The notes beneath the pieces were generated by a model. It was given only the letters and a program-made list of their open reading frames with translations. It made no database searches and was not told the origin of the DNA. From an uncultured bacterium (GTDB lineage Bacteria > Actinomycetota > Acidimicrobiia > Spongiisociales > UBA5794), in assembly GCA_963801165.1 (NCBI GenBank), contig CAWDDT010000011.1, positions 62,383-126,382 on the forward strand: a stretch of 64,000 bases of DNA. The letters are read 5' to 3'. Numbering within the stretch: the first letter of the stretch is position 1; each line of letters begins with the position of its first letter. The position numbers and the translations under genes are program-made. Below, one piece after another: positions 50,506 to 60,675 of the stretch.

Positions 50506-52095
50506 ATGAGTGCCCAATCAGTCGAGATTTACGACACGACCCTGCGCGACGGGACCCAGCAGGAGGGGATCTCGCTGACGGCGCGCGACAAGCTAAAGGT
50601 GGCATCGCTGCTTGATGGGCTAGGGGTCGCATATATCGAGGGTGGATGGCCCGGCTCCAATCCCAAGGATGAGGAGTTCTTTGCCAGGGCCAAGACCGAG
50701 CTCGATCTCCGGACGTCGACGCTGGTGGCGTTCGGTTCGACGCGTAGGGCAAAGGTTCGACCCGAGGACGACGAGCAGCTGGCGGCTCTGCTGTCGGCCG
50801 AAACCGACGTCATCTGCCTGGTTGGCAAGGCCTGGGACTACCACGTCAAACATGCGCTGCGCACCAGCAACAAGGAGGCTCTCGAGATGATCGGCGACTC
50901 CGTTGCATACCTGCGCTCGCAGGGACGCCGGGTGTTCTTCGACGCCGAGCACTTCTTCGACGGCTACCGGGACAACCCGGATTTCGCCGTTGCTGCGCTC
51001 CGTGCGGCCCACGACGCCGGAGCCGAGCGCCTGGTGCTGTGCGATACCAACGGGGGCTTCCTGTCCCACCAGGTGCAGCGCATCGTCGGAGAGGTGGGCG
51101 AGGCGCTCGGTGACGCCACCCTCGGTTGTCACTTCCACAACGACTCCGGCATGGCAGTCGGCAACTCGATCACTGCGGTGCTCGAAGGTGTCACCCAGGT
51201 GCAGGGCTGTATCAACGGATATGGGGAGCGAACCGGCAACGCCGACCTTTGCTCGTTGATCCCGAACCTGTCGCTGAAGATGGGCATCGAGACCATCCCT
51301 GCCGATCGACTCCCCCGGCTCACCACCGTCTCACACCACCTGGCCGACATCGTGAACCTGACGCTCGACCCCCACAAGCCCTACGTCGGCGTGTCGGCAT
51401 TCACCCACAAAGCCGGCCTGCACACCTCGGCGCTCGCAAGAAGAAGCGACGCCTACGAGCACATGAGCCCCGACGGGATTGGCAACGCCACCCGCGTTGT
51501 GGTGTCAGAGCTCGCCGGCCGCTCCACCGTTGTCGCCAAGGCTCGCGCCCAGGGTCTCGACCTCACGCCGGAGGACGCCCAGACCGTCGTCGACCGGATA
51601 AAGGAACTCGAGCATCTCGGCTACCAATTCGAGGCCGCCGACGGCTCGTTCGAGCTGCTGTTGCGCGAAGCACAGGGCTGGAAACAGGATTTCTTCCGCC
51701 CCGAGTCCTACCGGGTCTTCGTCGAGTTCCGCGACGGCGAGGTCGTCGCCGAGGCGACCGTGAAGGTCTTCGTAGGCGACGAGCGCATCGTGACGACCCG
51801 GGAAGGCGACGGGCCGGTGAGCGCCCTCGACCGAGCCCTGCGGGCGGCCCTCGTCGGCTTCTACCCCGAGGTCGCCGACATCACCCTCACCGACTACCGG
51901 GTGCGTGACCTCGACTCCAGCGACGGTACGAGCGCCAGGGTGCGAGTGCTGTGCGACCACGCCGACGCCGACACGAGCTGGGGAACGGTCGGCGTGCACG
52001 AGAACATCATCGACGCCTCCTGGAACGCGGTCGTCGAGGGTCTCGTCATAGGTCTGCTCCGCCACCAGGAGCGCAACGGCGACGAAGCCGAATGA
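50506..52095 (+). CDS. cimA: (R)-citramalate synthase (LeuA/CimA family, long form with regulatory domain)
   Basis: VEIYDTTLRDGTQQEGISLTARDKLKVASLLDGLGVAYIEGGWPGSNPKD, HFHNDSGMAVGNS, and a C-terminal LeuA-dimer-like domain. Confidence 0.8.
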   Translation: MSAQSVEIYDTTLRDGTQQEGISLTARDKLKVASLLDGLGVAYIEGGWPGSNPKDEEFFARAKTELDLRTSTLVAFGSTRRAKVRPEDDEQLAALLSAETDVICLVGKAWDYHVKHALRTSNKEALEMIGDSVAYLRSQGRRVFFDAEHFFDGYRDNPDFAVAALRAAHDAGAERLVLCDTNGGFLSHQVQRIVGEVGEALGDATLGCHFHNDSGMAVGNSITAVLEGVTQVQGCINGYGERTGNADLCSLIPNLSLKMGIETIPADRLPRLTTVSHHLADIVNLTLDPHKPYVGVSAFTHKAGLHTSALARRSDAYEHMSPDGIGNATRVVVSELAGRSTVVAKARAQGLDLTPEDAQTVVDRIKELEHLGYQFEAADGSFELLLREAQGWKQDFFRPESYRVFVEFRDGEVVAEATVKVFVGDERIVTTREGDGPVSALDRALRAALVGFYPEVADITLTDYRVRDLDSSDGTSARVRVLCDHADADTSWGTVGVHENIIDASWNAVVEGLVIGLLRHQERNGDEAE

Positions 52096-52126
52096 ACCAC
52101 GGGGGCGGGGGCACTAACTTGGGCAA

Positions 52127-54094
52127 ATGAGCTACCTAACCGCCACCGACCTGTGGAATCTCGCTCGGGTGGGTCAGCCGGAACCCCACCCCGACGGGCA
52201 CTTCGCTGTCGTCCCCGTCACCACATTCGATATAGATGCCAATGAGGGGACGACGAGGCTATGGCGGGTCGGCTCCGACGGGACCCGGCTGGCGCTGACC
52301 ACCTCCTCGGTTTCGAGCACCCAACCGGCCGTCTCCGTCGACGGGGAGCGTCTGGCTTTTCTCCGCAAAGCGGGGGATACCGGCAAACGGCAGCTGCACC
52401 TAATGGGCTTCGCCGGCGGTGAGGCCGAATGCGTCACCGACCTCCCGCTCGGAGTGGAGGCGGCCAAGTGGCTGCCGGATGGCTCAGGGCTCGTTCTCGC
52501 CGTCCCGCTGCTGGCGGGCTTCGCCAATGTTGCCGACACCGAGGGCGAAATCGAGCGTCGTGACGATGCCCCCACGCAGCCCATCGTCACCGAGCACGTT
52601 GTCTATCGCTACTGGAAACGGTGGCTCGTCGACGGTCAGATCCACCATCTGTTCCATCTCCGACTCTCTACCGGCGAGCTGACCGATCTCACACCCGACC
52701 TCGGCCGGCCGATCGCCCTCGACGAAGTCTCCGGCGTCTTTGACATATCACCGGATGGGCAAGAGGTGGCTTACGCCGCCGACATCGAACCAGACCCGCG
52801 CTATCGCTTCCGTTTCGCCATTCACGCCACTGGCATCACCGACCCGAAGCCGGTCCTACTCGACGACGTCGAGCGTATCCCCGCCCAGCAGCTCCGACCT
52901 CGCTACAGCCCCGACGGCCGCTACGTCACCTTTGGCGAGCAACACGAGCCGGACTACTACGCCGATCATGTAAAGCTGGTTCGGTTCGATCGGGCGACCA
53001 GGGACAAGACGGATCTGGCGCCCCGGTGGGACCGCTCTGCAGGCGGGTGGGAGTACACGACCGACTCGGATCTGGTCCTCCACGCCGCAGACGACGGCGG
53101 CATGACTGTGTTCCTGTTGCCGCACGGCAGCGACACGCCGACGCCGGTTGCCGATACGGACTATGCCCATGGGCCTCGCCCGACGGCCGGTCCCCTGTGG
53201 CTCAGGACCGAGTCTGCCGCCCGGCCCGCAGATGTGGCCGTCGCCGGCGCCGGCGGTGTCAATCGAATTGGCCGCTTCAACGACGAGGCTCTTGGCAGGC
53301 TTCAACTCGGAAAGATCGGCGAGTTCGAGTTCCCCGGTGCCGGCGGCACGATGATCCAGGCGCACATCGTCTACCCCCCGGACTTCGATCCGGCGAGAAA
53401 ATGGCCGCTGGTGCACAACATCCACGGTGGCCCACACAATGCCTCGGGTGGCTCCTGGCACTACCGGTGGAACACGCAAGCATTCGCCGCCACCGGCTAT
53501 GTGGTGGTGTCGGTGAACTTCCACGGCTCCGACTCGTTCGGCGACGACTTCGCCCGCTCGATCCGGGGAACATGGGGCGACAAGCCGTACCAGGACATAA
53601 TGGCGGCAACCGACTATCTGCTTGACCTCGGCTTCATCGACGAGGACCGGATGGCGGTGGTCGGGGGCTCCTACGGTGGCTACCTCGTTTCCTGGATCAC
53701 GAGCCAGACCGACCGATTCGCCGCCGCCATCTGCCACGCCGGGGTCACCGACCTACTCGGTCAGTGGGCCAGCGACATTACGTCGGGCCGGGCCGCAGCC
53801 GTCGGCGGCACCCCGTGGGAGGACATCGACGCGGTGCTGCGGTGGAGCCCGGTGGCGCACTCGTCCGGGATGAACACCCCCACGCTGGTCATCCACGGGG
53901 AACAGGACTACCGCGTCGTTGTCACCCAGGGCCTGGTTCTCTACGGCATCCTCAAGCAGAAGGGTGTCGACGCCAGGCTCGTCTACTACCCGGATGAGGG
54001 GCATTGGATCGAGAAACCGAAGAACTCAATCCACTGGTACGGCGAGTTTCTCTCCTGGCTCGACCGCTACCTCGGGAAGGGACCAACACCGTGA
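52127..54094 (+). CDS. S9 family serine peptidase (prolyl oligopeptidase/acylaminoacyl-peptidase-like)
   Basis: N-terminal propeller region, catalytic VVGGSYGGYLVSW (GxSxGG), and HGEQDYRV...DEGHW completing the triad. Confidence 0.85.
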   Translation: MSYLTATDLWNLARVGQPEPHPDGHFAVVPVTTFDIDANEGTTRLWRVGSDGTRLALTTSSVSSTQPAVSVDGERLAFLRKAGDTGKRQLHLMGFAGGEAECVTDLPLGVEAAKWLPDGSGLVLAVPLLAGFANVADTEGEIERRDDAPTQPIVTEHVVYRYWKRWLVDGQIHHLFHLRLSTGELTDLTPDLGRPIALDEVSGVFDISPDGQEVAYAADIEPDPRYRFRFAIHATGITDPKPVLLDDVERIPAQQLRPRYSPDGRYVTFGEQHEPDYYADHVKLVRFDRATRDKTDLAPRWDRSAGGWEYTTDSDLVLHAADDGGMTVFLLPHGSDTPTPVADTDYAHGPRPTAGPLWLRTESAARPADVAVAGAGGVNRIGRFNDEALGRLQLGKIGEFEFPGAGGTMIQAHIVYPPDFDPARKWPLVHNIHGGPHNASGGSWHYRWNTQAFAATGYVVVSVNFHGSDSFGDDFARSIRGTWGDKPYQDIMAATDYLLDLGFIDEDRMAVVGGSYGGYLVSWITSQTDRFAAAICHAGVTDLLGQWASDITSGRAAAVGGTPWEDIDAVLRWSPVAHSSGMNTPTLVIHGEQDYRVVVTQGLVLYGILKQKGVDARLVYYPDEGHWIEKPKNSIHWYGEFLSWLDRYLGKGPTP

Positions 54095-54105
54095 CCGATT
54101 TTCAC

Positions 54106-55485
54106 ATGACTCCTGAAGACTTTCGCAAGCGGGGTCACGACATGGTCGACTGGATCGCCGACTATCTGGCGAACGTCACCCGATACCCGGTCAATTCCCA
54201 GGTCGAACCCGGCGCCATCCGCAGCGCCCTCCCCGACGCCGCCCCCGAGCAGCCGGAACCGTTCGAGGATGTCATCCGCGACCTGAACGAGATCATCATG
54301 CCGGGGATCACCCACTGGCAGTCGCCCAACTGGTTCTCGTACTTCCCTGCCAACAGCTCGGGACCGTCTGTGCTTGGCGAGATGGCGGCCGCCGGTCTCG
54401 GCGTCCAGGGGATGCTGTGGTCGACGTCACCCGCCGCCACCGAGTTGGAGACGGTCGTGGTCGACTGGATGGTCGACCTGCTCGGTCTCCCGCACGTCTG
54501 GAAAACCACGGGACCGGGCGGCGGGGTCATCCAGATGAGCGCCTCGGATTCCGCTCACGTAGCAATGGTGACAGCCCGCGAACTGGCGCGGCAGCGCACG
54601 TCGTTGGACCGCATGGTGGTGTATGCCTCCGATCAGACGCACTCGTCGGTGGAGAAGGGCGCTCGCATCGCCGGTTTCACCAACTTCCGAGCGATCCCGA
54701 CCGACGCCGACTTTGCCATGGACCCGGCTTCATTCGAAGAGCAGGTGGCCGCCGATCGGGCCGACGGGCTCGTCCCCGTCTTCGTTGCGTTGACCGTCGG
54801 AACCACCGCCACCACGGGAGTCGATCCGATTCGCACGTTGGCCGGGATAGCCAAGAAATCAGGAATGTGGGTGCACGTTGATGCGGCGTACGCCGGCTCG
54901 GCGATGATCTGTCCCGAGCTACGACATCATCAGGACGGTCTCGAGCTCGTCGACAGCTACACGTTCAACCCGCACAAATGGATGTTCACCAACTTCGACT
55001 GCAACCTCTACTACGTCGCCGACCGCAAGCCGCTCATCGATGCGATGAGCATCCTGCCCCCATACCTACGCAATGAGGCGACGCTGTCGGGCAAGGTCAT
55101 CGACTACCGCGACTGGCACGTCCCGCTGGGGCGGAGGTTTCGCTCGCTCAAGCTGTGGTTCGTGCTGAGACATTATGGGGCGGAGGGAATCCGGCACCAT
55201 ATCCGCGAGCACATCGCACTGGCGCAGGATCTCGCCGGAAAGCTCGAGGCGGACGCCCGGTTCGAGGTAGTCGCTCCGCATCCCTTCTCCCTCGTCGTCT
55301 TCCGGCATTCGGATGGCGATACGGCAACCACAAAGCTCGCCACCGACTTGAATGGGACCGGTCAGGTCTCGCTGACCCCGACCACGCTCAGAGACATGAG
55401 CGCGATCCGGGTATCTATCGGCCAGACCAACACGAGCAAGGAGAACGTCGACGCCCTATGGGCGTTGATCGATCAGCTGGCATGA
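54106..55485 (+). CDS. PLP-dependent group II (aromatic-L-amino-acid-type) decarboxylase
   Basis: GITHWQSPNWFSYFPANSS, HVDAAYAGSA, NPHKW (PLP Lys). An alternative GTG at 54091 overlaps the peptidase stop. Confidence 0.88.
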   Translation: MTPEDFRKRGHDMVDWIADYLANVTRYPVNSQVEPGAIRSALPDAAPEQPEPFEDVIRDLNEIIMPGITHWQSPNWFSYFPANSSGPSVLGEMAAAGLGVQGMLWSTSPAATELETVVVDWMVDLLGLPHVWKTTGPGGGVIQMSASDSAHVAMVTARELARQRTSLDRMVVYASDQTHSSVEKGARIAGFTNFRAIPTDADFAMDPASFEEQVAADRADGLVPVFVALTVGTTATTGVDPIRTLAGIAKKSGMWVHVDAAYAGSAMICPELRHHQDGLELVDSYTFNPHKWMFTNFDCNLYYVADRKPLIDAMSILPPYLRNEATLSGKVIDYRDWHVPLGRRFRSLKLWFVLRHYGAEGIRHHIREHIALAQDLAGKLEADARFEVVAPHPFSLVVFRHSDGDTATTKLATDLNGTGQVSLTPTTLRDMSAIRVSIGQTNTSKENVDALWALIDQLA

Positions 55486-55856
55486 TGGAAGAGACAACCG
55501 AGATCGCCGCGTTCAACACCAAGCTGGAGGCCGACATCGCTGTGGCCCGCCTGGCCGACGCCGGGTTCGATGCGTTCGTCCTGGTCGACAACGCCGGTGG
55601 CACCATTCCGTTGATGCAGATGACTACGGGTGGCTACAAGGTCCACGTGGTCGTCGACGATGCATCGTGGGCGAAGGAGGTGCTCGAAGAGCACTTCGAT
55701 CCGATCGAGTGGACGCCGCCTACCTCAGCGTCATTTCTGCAAACTGGCAGCCTCGAATGGACCCGGAACACGAGGTTCTGGGTAGCCGTCATCGTGCTGT
55801 TGGCGACACTCGCGGCCCTGGCGGTAGCAGTGCCGCTGACGATCGCCCGCATGTGA
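55482..55856 (+). CDS. DUF2007-like small protein with C-terminal TM helix
   Basis: ATGA overlap with the decarboxylase. AAFNTKLEADIAVARLADAGFDAFVLVDNAGG, and a C-terminal FWVAVIVLLATLAALAVAVPL. Confidence 0.5.
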   Translation: MMEETTEIAAFNTKLEADIAVARLADAGFDAFVLVDNAGGTIPLMQMTTGGYKVHVVVDDASWAKEVLEEHFDPIEWTPPTSASFLQTGSLEWTRNTRFWVAVIVLLATLAALAVAVPLTIARM

Positions 55857-55863
55857 CCCGCCG

Positions 55864-56406
55864 TTACGGCGTCGCACGCAGGACACCGAGGAACTCACGC
55901 ATCATGAAAGCCGTGGCTCCCCAGAGGGTTCCCTCTTCGAACTCGTAGAACCACAACTTGTGACCGAACCAGCTCGACTGGCGCCACCGGCTCTCGTCCA
56001 GGAGCTCCACGACGGGCGCCTCGATGACGGCCGCCACCTCCTGCTTCTCGACAACCCACTCCCGCGGCCGTACCACCTTGGCCACTACCGGGACGATGAG
56101 GTGGCGACGGTTGCGCGTCGAAGTGGGCGTGAGCCCTCCAATCACCTCGACCCCGTCCGGGGGCAAACCGATCTCCTCATGGGCCTCTCGAATGGCCGTT
56201 TCCTCGGGGGTCTCGCCGTCCTCGAGCCGCCCGCCCGGAAAGACAACATCGCCCGGATGCGTGCGCATATGGTCGGGCCGCCTGGTCAGAACGACCCGCA
56301 CCGTGTGGGTCTCGTCGCGGTAGAGCGGCACCAACACGGCCGACCTAGCCTCGGCTGGGTATTGGACTGGATGCAATGCCCCAAGACGGGTCCAAACGTC
56401 TAGCAC
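55864..56406 (-). CDS. NUDIX hydrolase (CoA pyrophosphatase-like)
   Basis: Nudix box GGRLEDGETPEETAIREAHEEIGL, preceded by VVLTRRPDHMRTHPGDVVFPGG. Confidence 0.85.
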   Translation of the reverse strand: MLDVWTRLGALHPVQYPAEARSAVLVPLYRDETHTVRVVLTRRPDHMRTHPGDVVFPGGRLEDGETPEETAIREAHEEIGLPPDGVEVIGGLTPTSTRNRRHLIVPVVAKVVRPREWVVEKQEVAAVIEAPVVELLDESRWRQSSWFGHKLWFYEFEEGTLWGATAFMMREFLGVLRATP

Positions 56407-56444
56407 AGACGCACCTTACGTGACATGGGGATAAGCTTCTGCCG

Positions 56445-57041
56445 ATGGCACAGATGCCCGGCCACGAGCCGCGGTTCACCCCGCACCTGGTCCTTCGCCC
56501 TTTCCGGCGCAAGGACACTTCTGCGATGCACGATTCGGTCCGCGCGTCGCTGCCGGAGCTGTCTCAATACCTGCCCTGGGCTGTCAACTATCAGCGCAGC
56601 GTTACAGCCCAGTTCGTCAAGGATTCCATCGGTGCCTGGGCAACCGGTCGAGCGTTCGACTTTGCCATCAGAACCCACGAGGACGATGACACGCATGCCG
56701 GAAACGTTTCGGTGTGGTTCGTCTCACGGGCCAATGCCGTTGGTGAAGTTGGTTACTGGGTCCGCAGCGATCTAGCCGGTAAAGGCGTCGGCACCGAGGC
56801 GACGGCGCGCATACTCCAAGTCGCTTTCGAGGAGTTGGAAATGCACCGGGTGACCGCTCGAATCGCCATCGGCAACGTGGCCTCCGAGCGGGTGGTGCAG
56901 AAGCTCGGCTTCCTCAAGGAAGGCACCCTCCGGGACGAGGTGAAGGTGGGGAACAGATGGCTCGACCACTCCGTCTGGGGTCTCCTGGACCGCGAGTGGC
57001 GCTACGAGCGCCGCCGCTATCAGGATGAAGCCTGGGTGTAA
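56445..57041 (+). CDS. GNAT family N-acetyltransferase (RimJ/RimL-like)
   Basis: EVGYWVRSDLAGKGVGTEATARILQVAFEELEMHRVTARIAIGNVASERVVQKLGF. Confidence 0.75.
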   Translation: MAQMPGHEPRFTPHLVLRPFRRKDTSAMHDSVRASLPELSQYLPWAVNYQRSVTAQFVKDSIGAWATGRAFDFAIRTHEDDDTHAGNVSVWFVSRANAVGEVGYWVRSDLAGKGVGTEATARILQVAFEELEMHRVTARIAIGNVASERVVQKLGFLKEGTLRDEVKVGNRWLDHSVWGLLDREWRYERRRYQDEAWV

Positions 57042-57114
57042 GAGCCGCATTTCCGGCAAGGTGTCTTAAGCTGGAAGATCGCAGCTGTACCAAGACTCGT
57101 TAGGGTTCCGGCAC

Positions 57115-57834
57115 ATGGATCAACGCACACTTCAGATGATTCAACGCGGGTTGATCGCCGCCGTGAGCATCGTGCTCGCGCTCATCCTGGTCACCGCTTT
57201 TCGCGGTCTGCTCGAGCCCCCGGGCGACACACTCGCGCCCCGGACGACCACTACGACCACCGAGGCTGCCGGTGAGGAGACGACCACCACAGCGGTGGCC
57301 GACACGGCCGCCGCGTCTTCCACCACCACCACGGATACAGCCGGCGGCGCCGTGTGCACGGAGGAGGAACCACCATCCGATGCGGCCACAGTGCTCCGTG
57401 TCTACTTCCCGTGCGGAAGCCAGGACATCGCTGTCGGCGGCACGTTCGTGTACCGAACCGTCCCCACCACCGATCTGGTGTTGACGGCAACTCTGAAGGA
57501 GATGGTCAAGGGGCTCGAACCGGAGGAGCAAGCTCTCGGCTTCAGGTCGCCATTCCCGACCGGCGCAGACGGGTCGGCGCTCGGGGTCACGATCGATACG
57601 ACCGACCAGACCGCATATGTGGAGTTCGCAGACCGCGTCTTCCCGGACGGTGTCGACACCACCGAGGGCTCGCAGATCTTCATTTCGACGCTCAACGCCA
57701 ACGTGTTTCAGTTCGACACGATCAACGCAGTCGAGTACCGGGTCGGCGGATCCTGCGACGCTTTCTGGCAACAACTCGGCGGCCAGTGCCAGAAGATCAC
57801 CCGTGCGGAGTGGGAAGCACAGCTGTCGCCCTGA
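57115..57834 (+). CDS. Membrane-anchored GerMN-domain protein
   Basis: TM LIAAVSIVLALILVTAF, a Thr-rich linker, then VLRVYFPC...TATLKEMVKGLEPEEQALGFRSPFP...ISTLNANVFQFDTINAVEYRVGG (GerMN pattern). Confidence 0.7.
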   Translation: MDQRTLQMIQRGLIAAVSIVLALILVTAFRGLLEPPGDTLAPRTTTTTTEAAGEETTTTAVADTAAASSTTTTDTAGGAVCTEEEPPSDAATVLRVYFPCGSQDIAVGGTFVYRTVPTTDLVLTATLKEMVKGLEPEEQALGFRSPFPTGADGSALGVTIDTTDQTAYVEFADRVFPDGVDTTEGSQIFISTLNANVFQFDTINAVEYRVGGSCDAFWQQLGGQCQKITRAEWEAQLSP

Positions 57835-57880
57835 GAAGCCTGTGGTGCAACCCGCATCCCCGACGGTTTCATAGCGTGAG

Positions 57881-58357
57881 ATGCCGACGATGACAGACCC
57901 GCAGACCAGTGAGCTGACATTCGCAGAGTTCCACGCACGCGCCGAGCCGAAGCTGCGCCGAGCCTTGATCGCCCGTTGCGGCGGCGAGGTTGGGCGCGAG
58001 GCGGCCGCCGAAGCTCTGGCCTACGGGTGGGAGAACTGGCACCGTGTCCGGGCGATGGACAACCCGATCGGCTACCTGTACCGGGTAGGACAGAGTCGCT
58101 CCCGCCGGCTGTGGCCCCGGCGTGCCGTTTTCGAGACCGGACCCGACCCGGTGCTCCCCAGGGTCGAGCCGGGGCTACCCGCCGCCCTCAACAAGCTATC
58201 ACCCCGGCAGCGTCAAGCGGTGGTGATGGTCCACGGTTTCGAGTACACCCATCGGGAGGTCGCCGACCTCCTCGGCATCTCCCGATCCTCCGTACAGAAC
58301 CACGTCGAGCGAGGCCTGGCGAGGCTTCGCTCCGAGCTCGAGGTGACCGATGTCTGA
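57881..58357 (+). CDS. ECF-type RNA polymerase sigma factor
   Basis: Region 2 (EAAAEALAYGWENWHRVRAMDNPIGYLYRVGQS) and region 4 (LSPRQRQAVVMVHGFEYTHREVADLLGISRSSVQNHVERGLARL). Confidence 0.85.
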   Translation: MPTMTDPQTSELTFAEFHARAEPKLRRALIARCGGEVGREAAAEALAYGWENWHRVRAMDNPIGYLYRVGQSRSRRLWPRRAVFETGPDPVLPRVEPGLPAALNKLSPRQRQAVVMVHGFEYTHREVADLLGISRSSVQNHVERGLARLRSELEVTDV

Positions 58358-60453
58358 CCTCAACAATCGACTACTCCGCTACATCGACCGTCTCGAAGAG
58401 CCCGTTTCGCTCGAGGAGACAATGACACGGCCCGAGCACCGCCGGTTCCGGGTAACGGCAGCCGTGCTCGCCGGTGCCGCCATCGTGCTCGTCCCGGCGC
58501 TGGTGCTCATCGGGCTGCGCTTTCTCCCAGCGGGCGACGACGTCTCCGGGTCCACACTGCTCCCGGAGACAACCACGACCGTGATCCCCGAGGGAAACGT
58601 CACAACCACAACGAGCTTCCAGGTGACGACTGATGCGCCCGGTTCCGTCGTTGTGCCCGATCTAGCCGGGTTGACGGCGGACGAGGCGAGGGCTCAACTC
58701 GCCGACCTGCACCTCGCGTGCGAGATCACCGAGCAATACCCGAGCCGGAACGGCTTCGGATCCATCACAGCACAATCCCCGGTGGCGGGGGAAAGCGTTG
58801 CGGCGGGGGGCACCATCGAGGTTGGAGTGCAGGTGAAAGCCGGCTGCCTCGATTACACAACCGGAGATTACGCCAGACGGGGATCTACAACCGTCCAAGT
58901 CCTGCTCGAGTGCGGCCGCGACGGCTCTACCCCGACGTCTCCAGCCCGGTCACACGGGTCGAACCAATCGCAGACCCGATCGAGGCAACGATGCGGGCAG
59001 TGCTGGCGGGACCCACGGATGAAGAGCGCTCCATGGGTTTCTCCTCGTCGTTCACCGAACTGGACGCCGATGCCCTCAATTCGATATCGCTCGACAATCG
59101 ACGACTAACGGTCGATTTCAATGATCACGTCCGCGTGAACAACGTCAGTACCAGCACGGGTAGCAGATACTTCCTCGCCGATCTGCAAGCGAACCTGTTC
59201 CAGTTTCCAGAGGTGGATTCGGTCGAGTTCCAGCTCAATGGGACCTGCGAGGCTTCTGGGGCATGCTGGAACGAGACTGCCAAGTCGTGACCCGAAGCCA
59301 ATGGGAGCAGCAGATTGCCGCCTGGGATGCTGAGCGACTCCTTCAGGATCAGGCGGCGGTGACCGTGCCCGGGGGGGACGCCCCGGGGGTACTCGTGTCC
59401 ACGTGGCAGGGTCTCTTCTACGGCGGCGATGGGTCGCTGACGAAGATCATGGAGCCCGTCCCGGGATCTGAGCACCTCGATGGCGCGGCGGTTCTGTCCG
59501 ACCGGGACGGGGGTTTCTTCCTGGCCATCGACGGCGTGACCACCGGGTACAAGGCCGGTAGTGGCACAACCGTGTTGCCGGTCGAGGACGGTCTCGATCC
59601 GCAGAATACGAGCCGGCTCGTGTGGGTCGACTCCGGCGGTGTGACACTGCTCCTCCACCTCGGATACACCGAAGACGACTTCTACGGGTTCCGATGGCCG
59701 ACCCTGGAGCCATGGCGTGAAGGGGTATCGGCTTCGCTGGCGAACGGGTATACGCTCGGTTCCGCCAATCGCACGGTTGCTCTCGTGGATGACACCGGCA
59801 CAGTGATCACCATCGACCACTTCAGCGACCTGGACGCCACCACATATCTGGCCGCCTGGGAAGGGCCGGACGATGGCAGCTCGCAACCACAACTGATGAA
59901 GGTATCCGGACCACACAGCGGCGAGGTCAGCTTGCACGACTTCGATGGTCGTAGGGTGATCGTCTCAACCCATCCCGGCGAGCCGGTTGGCAACAACGCA
60001 ACGTTTTTCGTAATCGACCTCGAATGCCCCGAGTGTCTCGAGGCATATGTGACGCAGCCGGGCGTGGCGACGCTCACCGGATCGAAGCCCATTGAAGGGA
60101 CCATCGAGCTGGGACCCGCCGACATCGGCGGTTGTTCGCTCGCGACCTCCGGTGCGCCTCCAATCGAGGCGACGACAGCCGGTGCGGCCGAGAGCACACG
60201 CATCCTGCTTCTGTCCGACGCAGAGCGATGTGGCACCCGTGAGCTACACGCCCGCACCGTAAGCGACGGGACGGAGCTCGTCCTATCCACCAGCGCTATG
60301 ACGGATCGTCGGCGCCGAGGCGATGGGCATCCCCGAGTCGAGGAGCTCTACTATGTGCTGCAGACGGCGCCCGGCTCATACGAAGAGAAACGGGGCCAGT
60401 GGTGTTCGTGTGGCCTGCACTCGCCGGCCCCGACGTCGACTGGAGAGACATGA
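58350..60453 (+). pseudogene. Anti-sigma-like TM protein with PASTA + GerMN + about 390-aa C-terminal domain, split by two 1-nt frameshifts
   Basis: Three consecutive ORFs in frames 0/2/1 read as one protein. The joins are ...VQVLLECGRDG|LYPDVSSPVTRVEP (about 58925, GGC(C)TC) and ...FQLNGTCEA|FWGMLERDCQVVTRSQWEQQ (about 59254, GCT(T)TC). The second join reproduces the C-terminus of the 57115 paralog (GGSCDAFWQQLGGQCQKITRAEWEAQ). Confidence 0.7.
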
Positions 60454-60675
60454 CGACGCAAGAAGCTGCTTCTCTACAGGACTCGCCGAGACGACGAAGT
60501 GGCTAAACACACGGTTCCGATTGCCCAGAACACCAATCCGCTGGCAGCTGGCAATTAACGTGGAGACGGGTGTAAGTTCGAGGAGATACGGCGATCGACG
60601 GACGGTCGCTAACTGTCTGTTCCAGCTGGCATAGCGCCACACGGCGAATTGACGCAGAAGGGGTTGCTGGGAACT

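Noticed and set aside
60540-60632. Sigma-54-type promoter (TGGCA...).
   Set aside because: CAGCTGGCA occurs twice, but there is no TTGC element at the required spacing, and this lineage type generally lacks sigma-54.
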